Below are positions 38,718-51,300 of a stretch of 64,000 bases of DNA, one piece after another. The stretch lies in assembly GCA_013265495.1 (NCBI GenBank), contig MU061538.1:1879339-1943338 (forward strand), in the 5' to 3' direction. Every line of letters starts with the position of its first letter. Position 1 is the stretch's first letter. The notes below the pieces were generated by a model. It ran no database searches. It saw only the letters and a program-made list of their open reading frames with translations, and was not told the origin of the DNA. This stretch comes from Vicugna vicugna. Taxonomy: Eukaryota. The translations under genes and the position numbers were made by a program.

Positions 38718-39178
38718 TGTCAACTGAAACACACACACACACACACACACACACAAGTGAGAGCGGTGAGTTCAGTTTTATTCGGCGGCTCACTGAGGAC
38801 TATAGCCTGGGAGACAGACTCTCCGAGGAGCTGCTCTGAAGAGGTGGGGGAGGTCGGAATAGATGCAACTTGGGGAAAGGGCCACGTGCAATCAAGCACT
38901 CATCTGGGTAGAAGGTTACTGTCAGCCACAAGGAACAGACGTCTCAGTTCATGATTTTAGTGCTTTTCTAAGCAGGGAAAGATGCAAGAATCTCGGTTCA
39001 TAAAATTTTCTCCTGAGAATCTCTGAGGACTTGTTCTGCCAGTTTTCCCAGAGTGCAGAGCACCTCACCCTGCTCTTCGCCCTAAATTTCTTTCAGGGTT
39101 TTGGGGGCTCAGCCACTGCAGTGGCTAATGACTTGATTTTTGTGGAAGTGGACCATGGGCAATGTTCCTTAGATGGCA
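38718..39178 (-). mobile_element. ERV1-type solo LTR (MER41-like lineage by recall) containing a (CA)n microsatellite at 38729-38754
   Basis: TG...CA ends (TGTCAACTGAAA...TTAGATGGCA), near-4-bp TSD GTAT/GTGT, antisense poly-A signal TTTATT near 38777, and GAGGACTATAGCCTGGGAGACAG. Confidence 0.75.
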
Positions 39179-42100
39179 GTGTGTTTAGAACGATCAGCTG
39201 CAGCAATTTGGAGACGGCCTGAAGAGGGGGGCAGAGGAGATGCTACGTAACAGAGGAGGAGGGGGGCCCGGGAAGAAGAGGGCGTAAGAGATGTCTGGAT
39301 GCTCTCCTCGATGGCTGTTTAGAGGCTGCCGGGAACAGTGTGGCCTGCGTCCCCCAGGAAGGACACCTCATGTCCTCCCCACCGCCCTGCATCCCTCTCC
39401 AGGCCCCGGAGGCTCCATCCCTCCAGTGCCAGCGAGTGGAGGCTGGGGGCAGGGGCGCGGGGTGGGTGTCTCTCTGGTCCACTCCTTGCCGGCTGGCACA
39501 GGTTGCAGGCACCCCTCCACTGAGGGTCTCGTTCCTGGAGTGCAGCCTTCCCTGGGACTGTCCCCTTTGTGTTCCAGCTGCCCCTTGGACTCGGGGCCTT
39601 CACACCCCGGGGACTAAACCGTCCCCTGACTTTGAATTTCCTTGAGTCACCCTGTTTACATCACTGTCTGTTTACCGCTGGGACCCCGAGGAACCTGGGT
39701 CAAAGCTCTGGTGCCGGGAGGGACTGTCCGCCCGCCGCCCACCCCACGCCTCGGGCAGGCCCCACGCTCGCTCCCCCGTGACCTCCTTGCTCCGGGCCCA
39801 CCTGCATCTCTAGTAGCATTTTTGAGTTTCCAGCCCGCCTGCCGCTGCTCCCCGGACCCGTCTGGACAAGCTCGAGAGTCAACAGAGCTTCTCCCAGAAA
39901 ATACTGACCAGCTCCAAATCTCAGTTTCTTGGGAGATTGCTCTTACGAAAGAAAGGAGGGTGGAGAGGGAGGGGCTTCTTGGCCCCCTTTCCTTCGTCTT
40001 TCTAGGATCTCCTTCCAAAAATGGAGGAGAAGCCCTTTCCTGCCTGTCTCTCCCTCCACCCAAAGGGGAAGGCTCACTCCCTGGCTGAGTTCATTTTGCA
40101 GGACGGCGGCGCCACGGGGCCCTGCCAGGGGGAAGGGTGCTGCTTTTCAGAAGCCAAAGCTTGTGCATGTGCGATGCAGAGGAGGGGTCCCTGCGGACAG
40201 GCTGGGAGGGCCCCCTTCCCGTCCACAAGGGGTGCGGCTGTCTTCCGCCTCTGTCAGACAGCGGGCCCTGCCCCTCGCGTCTGTTCTTGTAGAGCTGGTG
40301 GTTATTGCTGCTCTGCTTGGGGGCAGGGGTCACACCGCCGGCCCAGGGGGTTTCCAGTCTAAGTGAAAGAGACAAAATGGTTCAGTGAAAGAGAAATATC
40401 TGTCCCAGGGACGAGGTGGTGCCTTAAAGCTCAGAAGGGGGAGGCCATCGGTTTTTTCCTGATTCATTCTTTTTTGCCTTGAGGGCTAACTCTCAACACT
40501 ACGGGAAACGCTATCTTGATACAAGTGGATGACGGAATATACTGACTCTAAATGGAAATGGCTGCTTGGCACCGACGCTGGTTTTGGCGCAGAATCGCAG
40601 GCTCTTGGCGGCTTGTGGGGGTGGTGAGGTGGGAGGCAGGGCAGACCTGCCCCGGCGCCGGCTGGCCTTCCCAGCATCGGTCACCACCATTGGTGCCCAG
40701 AACTTGGGGAGGCCTGGAAGCTGGCCAGTGGAGGCTGAGGCATCACACGCTGCTCCTTGGAGAGTTCCAGCGCTCCCTCCGTGTTGCCCCTTCCAGAAGC
40801 ACTTACACAGACGGGGCAGTACAGGCAGCTTCAACCCCAGCAAAGGTGACACGTCCGAGGGACACATGAGGGCCTCTTCCTGGCAGACGTTATGTGAGAG
40901 GGCATGCAGGAGAGGACAGCCTCTCCCAGCAGCTCCGGATGCAGGAGTACATCCTCTCCCAGCACACGTCACACGCCAGGGTAACAAGACAGCCTCCTCT
41001 TCCTGTCACGTGTTCACCCACAGGGCAGGGTGCGTTCGGACCAGACAGGGATTCAGGTCTGACGCAAGTGGGACTTTGAATGGATGGGCAGTGTGTGAGC
41101 TGTGTCTTTTCATCCAGGCATCACAGGACCCGGCACGCAGACAGGGTTCATCCCTGCTTGCTGCAAGGCAGAAGCCCCTTGGCTAGACCCCCCCATCCTG
41201 GGATGCTAGGACGGGGCCGTGGTTCTGAGCCTTCAGTTCAAGCCCATCCTGTCCTTGAAAGCCATTTATCAAGTTCAGAAGAAGGGACTCACCTTACATC
41301 GAACCTGAACGCGCTGGTGCCGTGTAAACACAGCCAGGACCCTCGGCCTCGCGGCAGCCATGGCAGCAGGTGCAGGACGGGCCCCGGGCTTTCCTGGCTG
41401 CTGGGGCAGGACAGGGCTTCTCCCGGCGCTCGGTCCCCGCAAGCCCCACAGACTGAGTCCTCAGGCCCCTACAGATGGAACGGAAGGGGTGACCGCTATT
41501 TAAACATGAGGGCATCCCTGGCACAGATGATGCTCTGATGCCCAGGCAAGCGGTCTGAGATGAAGAGAAGAGGACAGCCCCCTGCCCCCCAGGATGCTGG
41601 CCTCTCCTCTGCTCCTCAGAGCAGCTGTGCCTCGGCCTGTGGCAGAGGAAGCAGTAGCAATGCCCAGAGGAGGCCATCTCTGGTGATGCTGGGATGTGAC
41701 TGTCCTCGAGTGGAGCAGCCTGGGCCTTCCTGCTGCTTCCCTGGGAGCCTGCCTGAGCGGCTGAAGCAGGCTGCCACCACAGTGGACTCTGCACAGGACG
41801 GCGGGCAAGCCTCTTTCTGTGAAGGACAGCTGACTAGGGGCAGGGCCGGGGGCCACACGGGGGGTGGGGGTGCATGAGCAGTTGGGCAGAGTCAGCCACA
41901 CACACGTCTCACCTGCAGGGGAGAACCACTGTGATGCCCACCTGAACAGGTAATGGACCAGAGGATGTACCGGCTTCAACCTGGTGAGTCAGGAGCTGAA
42001 ATGAAAGCCAGCCCACCACGGTCGTCGGTCCATCCCTCTGCAGTCCCCCCTACGCCACCTGAAGGTCTCCGAGCTCTGTCCAGCTGTGACGCCCTGTGAT

Positions 42101-42811
42101 TCCCTGTGGCCACACAAAAACAACCTGCTAAATGCTTTCCTTCTCTTCTTCTGTTTTGTGCAGCAGAAAAGCCCGGAGGAGAAGTGAGGATGCAGAGAAG
42201 AAACAGCCCAGGGAGCAGAAGGAGCCAGGAAGGTTCTGCCGGGACCGAGCGCGGAAGGTTTCCGGGGGGCCTGCTCCTCGCCCGCCCTCCCCGGCTGCTG
42301 CTCCTCCCAGCTGCTTCTGAACGAGGCTTTTCTTCCCTGGTGAAATCAAACATGCCCCAGGCTGGAGTCTCCAGGCTGGGAACGCAGCTTCTGAATTGTG
42401 GAAATCCCTTCCCCACCTGTCAGCTCCGCCTGGACGCCTGTGTCTCACTAGGTGGACAGTGTTTCTGACTTCGAGGGTTACAGGTGCACGCGCTCCGGGC
42501 TAGGCACTGAAATCAGACAGAGGATGAAGGAAAAAGGCTACCAAGTGTACTCAAAACAAGTGAGAGCCCGAGCCTCTCTCCTCTCCCAGGGGACCGTTTC
42601 ACCGCGAATCAACGGTAAAAGGGCTTTGTTCTCAGGCTCCATCAGGTGCTCCAAATTCTGCCTGATTTTACTTTGCTTCAGGTTTAGACCAGGCTTTCAT
42701 GCTTCTCCCAGAGCTAAAAATACTTTCTTTTCATTTTACCTGTTTAGTTGTAAATAGGAAACATACCTTTAAAAAAAGTACAAAATGGTTACAGAAAAAA
42801 TTCGTCCCCCC

Positions 42812-43460
42812 TGTTTTTGGTCCCTAGTCTGATACCAACTTCAACTCTGATCCCAGCCACAAGGGGTTGGGTTCAGGCCCCACAGGTTAACGGCTCAGTC
42901 CCCAGCCAGCAGTGGGGTCCCTTGGCCATCCACACTTCTGACAAGCTAGCTACGAATCTGGGAGTCCCCATGACCCCCCTCAGATTTGATTATTCGCTAG
43001 AATGATCCACAGAACCCAGGAAAATGCTGTGGTTTTGATTACAGTTTAAAAATAAAGGGCACAGCTCAGGACCAGCCAAACGGAGGGACACACAGGGCGA
43101 GCGGTCTGGGCAGGTCCCAAACACAGAGCTCCGGGCCCTTTCCGGGTGGAACTAGGGTGCGCCACCCTCCCAGCCCCTCAGAGTGTTCTTCAGCTGGGAA
43201 GCGCCACTCAGCTTGTGTCCAGGGCTCTTGCTGGTGTTTCATTACACAGTAGAGTTGACGGCTCACTGGCTACGTCACCGGACTCCGTCTGCAGCTCCCT
43301 CGCCTCCCTGGGGCTCAGAGGCGGGGCTGAGAGCAGCTGGCTCAAAGCCCCCATCCTCTAGTCCTCTAATCTTGTGGTTGGTTTTCTAGTGACCAGCCTC
43401 ATCCTGAGACTCTGGGTCGCCCGATTGGCATAAACTCTCAGGACGCACCTTGAGTCACAA
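42812..43460 (-). mobile_element. MER21-like LTR
   Basis: CACACTTCTGACAAGCTAGCTACGAATCTGGGAGTCCCCATGACCCCCCTCAG...TTCGCTAGAATGA..CACAGAACCCAGGAAA...CAGCCAAACGGAG. Confidence 0.8.
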
Positions 43461-44719
43461 ACACGGCCCTGCACTTGGGCTGCAGGGGCTGCATTCTTCA
43501 TTACCTGAGTCCCCAGCCACCAGCTTTCCTACCCAGAGGAGACGGATGCTGAGAGGATCTTAGCGTCCTTCCAGAAATACTGTATTTTCCCCAAGGGCCG
43601 CGCACGATGTTACACACGGGGCTTGGAACTGTTGTTTAAACTTGAGCCTGTGCTTTGAGGGTTATCCCAGAGTTCCAGGCGAGGAGGTGCCTCTTTTTCC
43701 TGACTCCGCAGCTCGTTGCTCCTGTGCTGGAGCTGCTTCCTACTGATGGACAGGTGGTTTCCAATCAAGGCTGTTATGGTAATGCTGCACTGAAGGACCT
43801 CACATGGCAGTCGTTTTGTACCAGCGTGAGTGGACCCGTGGCCCGCACTCCTGGGCTGGAATCACGGGGACCCCCTCGTGTGCGCTTCTGATTAGAAGCC
43901 TGCTCGGAGGTTGGCAGGTGCCCTCTGCTGAGGTCCTGTGTCCGCTCCCGTCAGTGATGTGCGAGGTTGGCGTTTCATTTGCACCATCACCAACTCGGCA
44001 TTTACATTTTGCTAGTCTTTTCATTCAAATCCTTTCTCAGCTGTAAATTAGGTTGTTAGATTTAAAATTTTTTGTTTTATTTTTAGTAGCCTTTATTTTT
44101 CAGAGGCGTTTTAGGTGTACAGCAACTCTGAGCAGAGTTAGAGATTTCCTGTATCCCCCTGCCCCCCCAGACAGCCTCCCCCCTTATCACCACAGATCTG
44201 AGTATTTGTGTGTTTTCTTGCTTTGCATCTGGTCCCTGCTTTCCAGCCTCAAGGCTGCCTCAGGGTCCAGCGGGCCTGCAGGTGTTCCAGCCATCAGATC
44301 CACATTCCAGAAAGAAGCAAGAAGAACAAAGGAAAGCAACGACCCATGGCAGCTGTTCCTCTGCTTTCAGTGAGTGTTTCAGAAGCCCCTCCAGACCTAG
44401 TAGGGAGGAGCTGAGAGCTGGGATCTTTCAGCTGGGCACACCGCTGCCCGGATTAAAAATAAAGTTATGGTCGTAAGCATGCAAACAGGTGCATGTGAGC
44501 AAATGGCTAAATCTCCCTTAGGCTCAGTTTCCTGTCTGTGGAACGGGGATTCTGTGCAAGGGAACGGTGAATGTAATACCAGGCTGTTATTTCTCAAAAC
44601 CAGCCCCCGTTTCTTGAGCCCTGATTGTTCCTGATTGGTCAGGGCCTAGCCGTGGCTGGGACCTGCCCAGGCCCAGGAAGCTCTTTCTCCGATTGGACCC
44701 ATGCAGCCAGTAACAAAGC

Positions 44720-45193
44720 TGATGCTGAGACTGGAACAGCACTAGCTTTGCTCAGTCGCCAAGGAACGGAGAAGCGGGAACCTAGTCCACAGACGAACGT
44801 CTCAACCCAACTCCAGGGGAGACACCGCATGTATAGGTGGGTCGAGGTAACAGAGAGGGAATTGGGACGAGTGGGAGGAATGCCGAGAACCAGGGTGTGG
44901 TCTGGACCTGGAAGGGTGCAGCTCTGCTTTCCAGTCTTCGGGCTTTTCTGGTTGTTGTCATGGCAGTCGTCACTGTCGTGGCGCTGGTGGGCCGGCCGTT
45001 CAGCAGCGAGTGCATCACAGCGAGCGTATAGTGAGGCTCATGGTGCCCCGGAAGTCAACTCCTCCGCCATCTTGGGCCTAGCTGGTCCTTGTTTTTTCCT
45101 TTGCAGTTTTCTCTCGAAACTTAGATAAGAGCAACTGCTTTCTCTTCGAGGGAGGGGCAGGGCTATGATTCCAGGGCAGCAGCCCTGGTAACA
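44720..45193 (-). mobile_element. ERV1-like solo LTR
   Basis: TGATG...TAACA ends with GAAGTCAACTCCTCCGCCATCTTGGGCCTAGCTGG. A related motif (TCCTCCGCCATGTTGGGCTGAGTTGGTTCTAACCAG) occurs at about 48568-48603. Confidence 0.6.
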
Positions 45194-46697
45194 CAATTAC
45201 TACATGACACAGCTGGGGGCCAAGTGATGGGTGGCAGGGCCACGAAGGTGACTGGAGGCTCAGGGAATCTGCAGGGGGACTGAGCGCAAAGAAACACTTG
45301 GCAGGAAACGGGAGTCAGGTTATCTCACTGTGGGAGGAGACACTGACTACTGTGGGAAAGGGAGAGGTTAGAAAGAACCCGAGGTGCTGGATGACGCTGG
45401 AGGTCCCAGCGTCAACGTGTCCATCCAGACACAGCACTAGAGATGTGTGTGTGCATGTGGGGGTGAGTGTGTCCCTATAGTGGTGTGTACACAGATGTCT
45501 TTGTCTTTCCCAGGGAGCCTGGGAGCAGCGACACCCCAGCGGCCATCGTGAGGACTGCAGACTTGGTTTGCGGTAGAGGAATGGCTAATCCGAGATGATG
45601 TGGTCACTCTCCTCCCTCTCCTGCTCCCGCCTTCCCTCCCGAGCCCCTCCGTTTTTCTTTTTTCTCCCCCTTTCCCCCCTTTCCCCCCGAGATGCTCCCC
45701 ACTTTCACCTTGGGGGGCCAGCATCGTTTTAGGGACGAGGTGCTCAAAACCAAACCAGAGTTTGGTACTTTCTGCACACTCACAGAAAACGGAGGTCAGG
45801 TGAACTTGGAGGAAATGATTCAGGCTACTGGGAGGAAACTAAAAAAGCACTTCCCCCATTGCACCAAAATGTGCGCCCTTCTCTCCTCACCCAGACTCTG
45901 CCCCTTCTGCCTGCGGAGGGGTGGGGAGGGTGACGGAGGCCGGGAGTGTCCGGAAGGAGGCCCGGTTACCCCAGGGGCCCGTACCCAGCTGCTTTTCCTG
46001 TTGGGGTTTTAACAAGACTCATTTGCAAAACAGGATGCCTTGCTGATTTTTAAAGGCTGTTCCTGTTAAAATGTAAATGTGTTACTTAATCCATCAAACC
46101 CTTTCTTCAGAGTTTATGGGTGGGTGGGGATACGGGGTGGGGGGGAGCAACAGGACTAAGGGGAGGTACTGGGGACAGTGGAGAGTGGGGTGGAGGGATA
46201 CGAAAGGCCGAGAAGAAAAAGGGCCAGTGTCCCCCCTAAAGCAAGGAGGGGGGAGTGACCCCTGCCAGGGCCTTCTCAGGACTCCCAGGAGGACATTCCT
46301 TCTGCCTGTTGTAGCAGCTTTGAGAACAAGGCCCACTGGGGCCAAGGGACCTGTGGGAACTCGCATCTTTACCTGCAGGTGAGGGCCGCATGCAGGGGTG
46401 TGTGCTCCGGCTCACACGAGCTGTCTGCCCGGGAAAGCTGGGCCAGCAGGTGCTCAGGGCTGGGGGTGTGGGGACCTGGGTGGGCTTGGGGGCCAGGGGA
46501 TGGGACCGGGAACAAGGATGGAAGCTGGGGACCTGGGAAGGAGGTTGGATATCTGGACGGGGATGGGGACCTGAGACGGTGTCAGGGGCTGGGAGAGGGT
46601 GGGGACAGGGCAGTGGCCAGCCTGGCGGAGGCGGCTCGCGCACCTGGATGCAGGCACAGGTGCAGCACCTGCTGGGGGGGGGCGCCGGGCTCCTGGG

Positions 46698-46717
46698 NNN
46701 NNNNNNNNNNNNNNNNN
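46698..46717. other. Assembly gap (20 N)
   Basis: Run of 20 N within G-rich sequence about 100 bp upstream of the CNPY1 ATG. Confidence 1.
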
Positions 46718-46820
46718 TCTCCTGGGCGACGGGGGTGGGGGGGTGGAGGCTGGGTTAGCTGCCACTCCCTGTGGGGCACCCAGAGACCGGAGGGTGCGAG
46801 GAGGAAACTGACTGCGAGGC

Positions 46821-46923
46821 ATGGAGCTGTCGCTGCTGCCCGCGGCCCTGCTGGCCCTGCTGGTCCTGCTGGCCTGGCTCACAGCCTCCCTGGATGCCCA
46901 GGACCCCGATGTGTTGTGCGGAG
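46821..46923 (+). CDS. CNPY1: CNPY1 putative coding exon 1 encoding a signal peptide (MELSLLPAALLALLVLLAWLTASLDAQDPDVLCG + 1 nt)
   Basis: Strong Kozak (ggcATGG) with an in-frame TGA at 46809-46811, a Leu-rich hydrophobic core and donor GAG|GTGCGT. The phase-1 join to the 60333 exon gives ...VLCGACRALMDE, the canopy motif (CNPY2: LHCGACRALVDE). Confidence 0.85.
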
Positions 46924-48902
46924 GTGCGTGCGCGTGGGCATGGAGGGCCGGGCTTCCCCACGGGCGTGGCCATGAGGCAGCCCCCTTCCCTGTCCCGGGC
47001 ACCCACATGAGAAGCTCCCCAGGGTTCCCGCTGAGCCCCGCCGGCCGGCCCATGTCCAGCAGCTTCGGCAGCTGCTTTTTAGCCGCTGGGAGCTCTGCTG
47101 GCTCTGCCCTGGGCGGGGCCCTCAGCCACGTCGCAGCGTTGTTTGGGGGGGCTCGGGGTGCTGGCTCAGCTGTGGGGTCATGCCGGCACATCAGCCCTGG
47201 GGAGCTGTGGGGACACCTCTCGTGGGGCTACTTGTTATTGGGTACCGGCTAGTTACAACTGATTTAAATAGATGCATGCCCAGGTTTTCTGGCTGTAAAT
47301 TTGCCCTTTGGACTCTAGACTCTGTTGGTGGTTTTTAGTTTTGTTAGTCATTTTGAGGACAAAAGCCAGAAGGGGCATTCTTTCAGTCCCACTGAGGTGA
47401 TGGGCAAGGAGAATGAGAATTGAGTGACCTGGGTAAGGAGGACAGGGTTCCAACTGGCCACCGTAATGGGGTCCGGAACGTGGGACCAAGAGGTTATGCG
47501 GCGGAAACGTATGGATGGGTCTGGTCAGCTCTGGACACACAGTTGAGCCCCGCTCTGCAGTTTGCTTCTGTGCGTTTGTGGCCCCGTCACCCGGCCCCTG
47601 GGTCTCCGGGTGGAGGCAGGCTGGCCATACCTGTCCCAGCAGTTAGAGGCTACTTCACTGACCAGTGCTGACTGCCCGCTGGGCTCTGGGACGGCTGGGG
47701 AGAGGAGGGGACGGGGATAGGCGTCCCACAGCTGCCCTGTGTGGGGCCCAGGGGCCCAGGGGCCCAGGGGCTGGGGACAGGGTGCAGAGGGCCAGGTGTG
47801 GCTGGAACCACAGAGCCAAAAGGGGAGAAGGGACACTGAGCTGGAGGCCCAGGAGTGAGAACTGGCAGGGGGTGTGGGGGACACGAGGAGGCCTGCGTGT
47901 CAGGCGCTCTGCTCGGAGCCCCCAGGGTCTCACGCATGTCGTCAGCTGAGCCTTTCCCTGTAGGCTCAGAGCTGGTGCCCACCCACCTCACCCCACGCCT
48001 GTAATCGCCAGGCTCCCTGAGGTGGCTGACTTGAGATGAAGCAAAAGCTCTCCCTGACCCAAAATGTATCATTATCGTTCTCTGCCCAGACCCAGTGCCT
48101 GACAGTCATTTCTTTACCCTAAGGCATCACCTCCAGGAAGTTTCTACTAAAAGGCAAGCTGTAACCCAGCCTGCGGGAGCCACCACACTCCTCTTTTGTA
48201 TTTGTTTGTTTGTTTGTTTGTTTATATTGACAATGTTGCGTTGCTTTCTGGTGCACAGCATGGTGATTCGCTTATACACACACGTATACTCCTTTTCATG
48301 TTCTTTTCATTGGAGGCTGTTACGAGGTTCTGACTATAGTTCCCCGGCTGCACACAGGCCCTTGTTGTTTACCTATTTTATGTGTAGTCATGTGACAGCT
48401 TCTTGCTCTTTCTTTCTTGCTGACAGAGGTACTTGTGCGTGCTGAGCGCACCCTCCCATCCTTTGACGGCCAGCCTGGGAACGGTCATGGAGACTGTGTG
48501 TGTGTCACTTGGCAGCTAATAAGTTCCAGTGAGCCTGGAACGAGGCTCAAGGTCCGCTGGAGGCCGGTCCTCCGCCATGTTGGGCTGAGTTGGTTCTAAC
48601 CAGCTTTATCCTCAATGGCTGTGTCATTCTTTAATGGCTGAGCCCTGCCGCTTCCCTCCCGTCTCATGTGGAGATGGGCTGTCCTTGGCAGACCCTGTGG
48701 GAGAGACCAAAAGGACCGACACAGGAGGTCGTATCTGACTTTCGTGTCCAGCGTCTATCACACGGGTGAGGGGCTTTGTGCGGATGGCCTCACTCAGGCC
48801 TCTCACGGCCCTCTGAGGAGGCGGCATCGCCCTGTGAGTACCCTGCCCATCTCCACAGCCTCACCTGGTGCCTGTGACACAGAGAATACACAAGCAACTA
48901 GA

Positions 48903-48987
48903 TGTGTCAGTGTTCCAATAAAGCTTTATTTATAAAAGCAGGCGGAGGGCCAGATTCGGTCTGCGGGCCGTGGTTTCCCCAGCCCTG
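48903..48987 (-). mobile_element. MER58A-like half element
   Basis: TGTTCCAATAAAGCTTTATTTATAAAAGCAGGCGG..GGGCCAGATT...TTTCCCCAGCCCTG. Confidence 0.75.
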
Positions 48988-51109
48988 CTCAGTGTAGGCC
49001 CCCAGGTCTTGAAGGATATCTGTGCAGCCTCCCTCCTCACCGCTCCACTCGCCTTCCTACTCCTTTGTTTTGAGAGGAACTCAACCTAAAATGGGTAGAT
49101 AGAACAATTATTTTCACTTGACAGACGAGGAAACTGAAGCAAAGCTTAAGTTTTTCACCCAAGGTCACTCAGACCAGAGGCCCACACCCACACAACCTGG
49201 CTCTGCCATCTGAGTTCCTCACCCTGGTTACAGCTCTCCCGGATACATCGGCACATGAACAACCGAATTCTTGCCTCCCGAGGCCGAGGCCCCTTTCTCT
49301 GAGCAACAGGCCCTCCTAGAAACCTGAGGAACGCACTGCTCGGGGCCAGCCCAGCTTCCTGGAGGCCCGTTTTTCCCGGCCACGTGCGGGGGCCCTGCCC
49401 TCGGTGAGCAGACCCCACGGGCCCCGTTCTCCCTCAGGGCGCAGGCCCAGGGCTCATCGTGGGCTCCTGTCGTAGTGTTATTTCTGCCCCACTCTCATCC
49501 TTTCTTTGGTCGGTTGGACTCACTTGGAGGAGGGATAAAAGTGGAGTTTTTAAGTGGTGAGACTCTTGCCATGTGCAGACGCTGCAGACATGGCAGTTAA
49601 GATGGTGCTCTTGTCCAGCATCCCACCCCGACCCACCCACACTGCCCTGCTGTTCCTGGGGCCCTGGTAGCATTGCGACAATGGCCTCCTTCTCCTTCTC
49701 TTGTGCTCCGACCGCAGCCCGAGCGGATTCTCTCCCCTCTCCCGCCCCTCCTTCCTTGCCTGACCCCATCGCCTGGTGGAGGGCGCCCCGCGGCCTCACC
49801 GCTCTGCAGACCCTTGCGCACGTGTGTCAGCGGCCAGCGTGATGGACCAGACGCTATTGATTTAGTGACAGCGATCACTGGAGGCATTGATCTAATGTTT
49901 TCATTACACTAAAAATGCTTTAACAAGTTCATTCGGAATTAGGCGATGGCAAAGATCTACTCTGTTTGCATCACGTTCCTGGGAGGAGGTGACTCGTAGG
50001 GGACTTTGAAGGACAAAAGCCACACCTACATGGCACTGCTCAGCCTGGTGCCGTGGAACGTCTTCAGCGAAGAGTTCAAAGCTCTCAGTGTCCCCGCCAG
50101 GCCTTCCACTTGGAAATACTCAGTGTGGCTCCTGGATTCCTGGTGTCCTGCCCTCGGGGCCCCAGCCCTTCCCCCACCCTCCCCAGCAACTGCCACGGAC
50201 GGTCCTTGTCCTTGACTGGCCTCAGCCTCCTCCTCTGTCTGCACGAGGGTGGTCAGTGTTTTCCACCAGCTTCCCTGCCCTTCCTGTTAGGGCTTTTCCA
50301 CCGTATGTCGACTTCAGTCTGAGACCCGGCTGCTTCCCAGCCACGGGACCCTGTGCCTTGGTGTTTGTCACTTCTGCCACGCCCACTGGTGAGTCAGATG
50401 GCTCAGCCCGACCGATGTCCAGGGGAGGCCTGGCAAGAACCATGAACTGCCCATGTCACCACCAATGCAGGGCCCTCTCCCTCCATCCTCCTGCAGGTGT
50501 GTCTGGCCCGCAGAGGGAATCAAGCCTGTGCCCTCTCAGAGCAGTCTGTGTCACTGCTCTGGACATGCCAGCTTCCTGACGGGCCAGGTGACCGATCCTC
50601 ACTGCCAAGTGGGATTAGCAGCCGAGATGCTCCGGCTTCCTCAGCTCAGAGCCAGGGACCTCCCACCGCTCTCACCAGCAGGAGAGCCGTGGTCTTAGTC
50701 TTATGGGAACTGATGGCAGCTTTTGACACTTTATCGAGAGATCGCTATCTTCCTGGGCAGAGCAGGTGTCTGAGTCCCTTGCGGGAGTCCTTTGGGTGGG
50801 ACTGGAGGGGCCCCTGGTGATGGTTGCATGCTCCAAACCCGGCGGCTGGGCTCACCCTACACGAGGCGAAGTCAGCCCGGGCTATTCCTTCAACAGCTCG
50901 TTAGATCTCACGGGAGTTTTGCATTTAAGATTCTTTCTGTGACCAAACCTTTTTCGGTGGAAATGGCAGAGACTGACAGTCTCTGGGAGCCCTCACAAGG
51001 TGGCTTCGTCATGCGAGCCCGCTCTCAGCACTGCCCGTGGAAGGTGCCCGAGGCGCCAGCTCTCACCACCTCTCTGCGCAGAGGGCACCTGGGCAGAAGG
51101 ATGCTTGGT

Positions 51110-51300
51110 TCTGGAGATGGACCGGCCTTTGAATCTTGGCCCTGCAGCCCTGCGTGACCTGAAGCAAAATGCTCACCTGCCCGAGCCTCAGTTTCCCCAT
51201 CCGTAAAATGGGACGATCGGCCCAGCACCTGCCCCAGCGTCCCTGTGAGCCTTCAGTGAGATGCCACATGGGGTGCTCCACGTGGAGTCTGCACACAGTG
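51110..51300 (+). mobile_element. MIR SINE
   Basis: Core GTGACCTG..GCAA...GAGCCTCAGTTTCCCCATCCGTAAAATGGG. Other MIR fragments at about 8730-8830, 38245-38300 and 49110-49220. Confidence 0.8.

Noticed and set aside
46924..47252. Continuation of the 143-aa ORF past the signal-peptide segment
   Set aside because: Canopy homology resumes only after splicing at 46923, so this is intron read-through.
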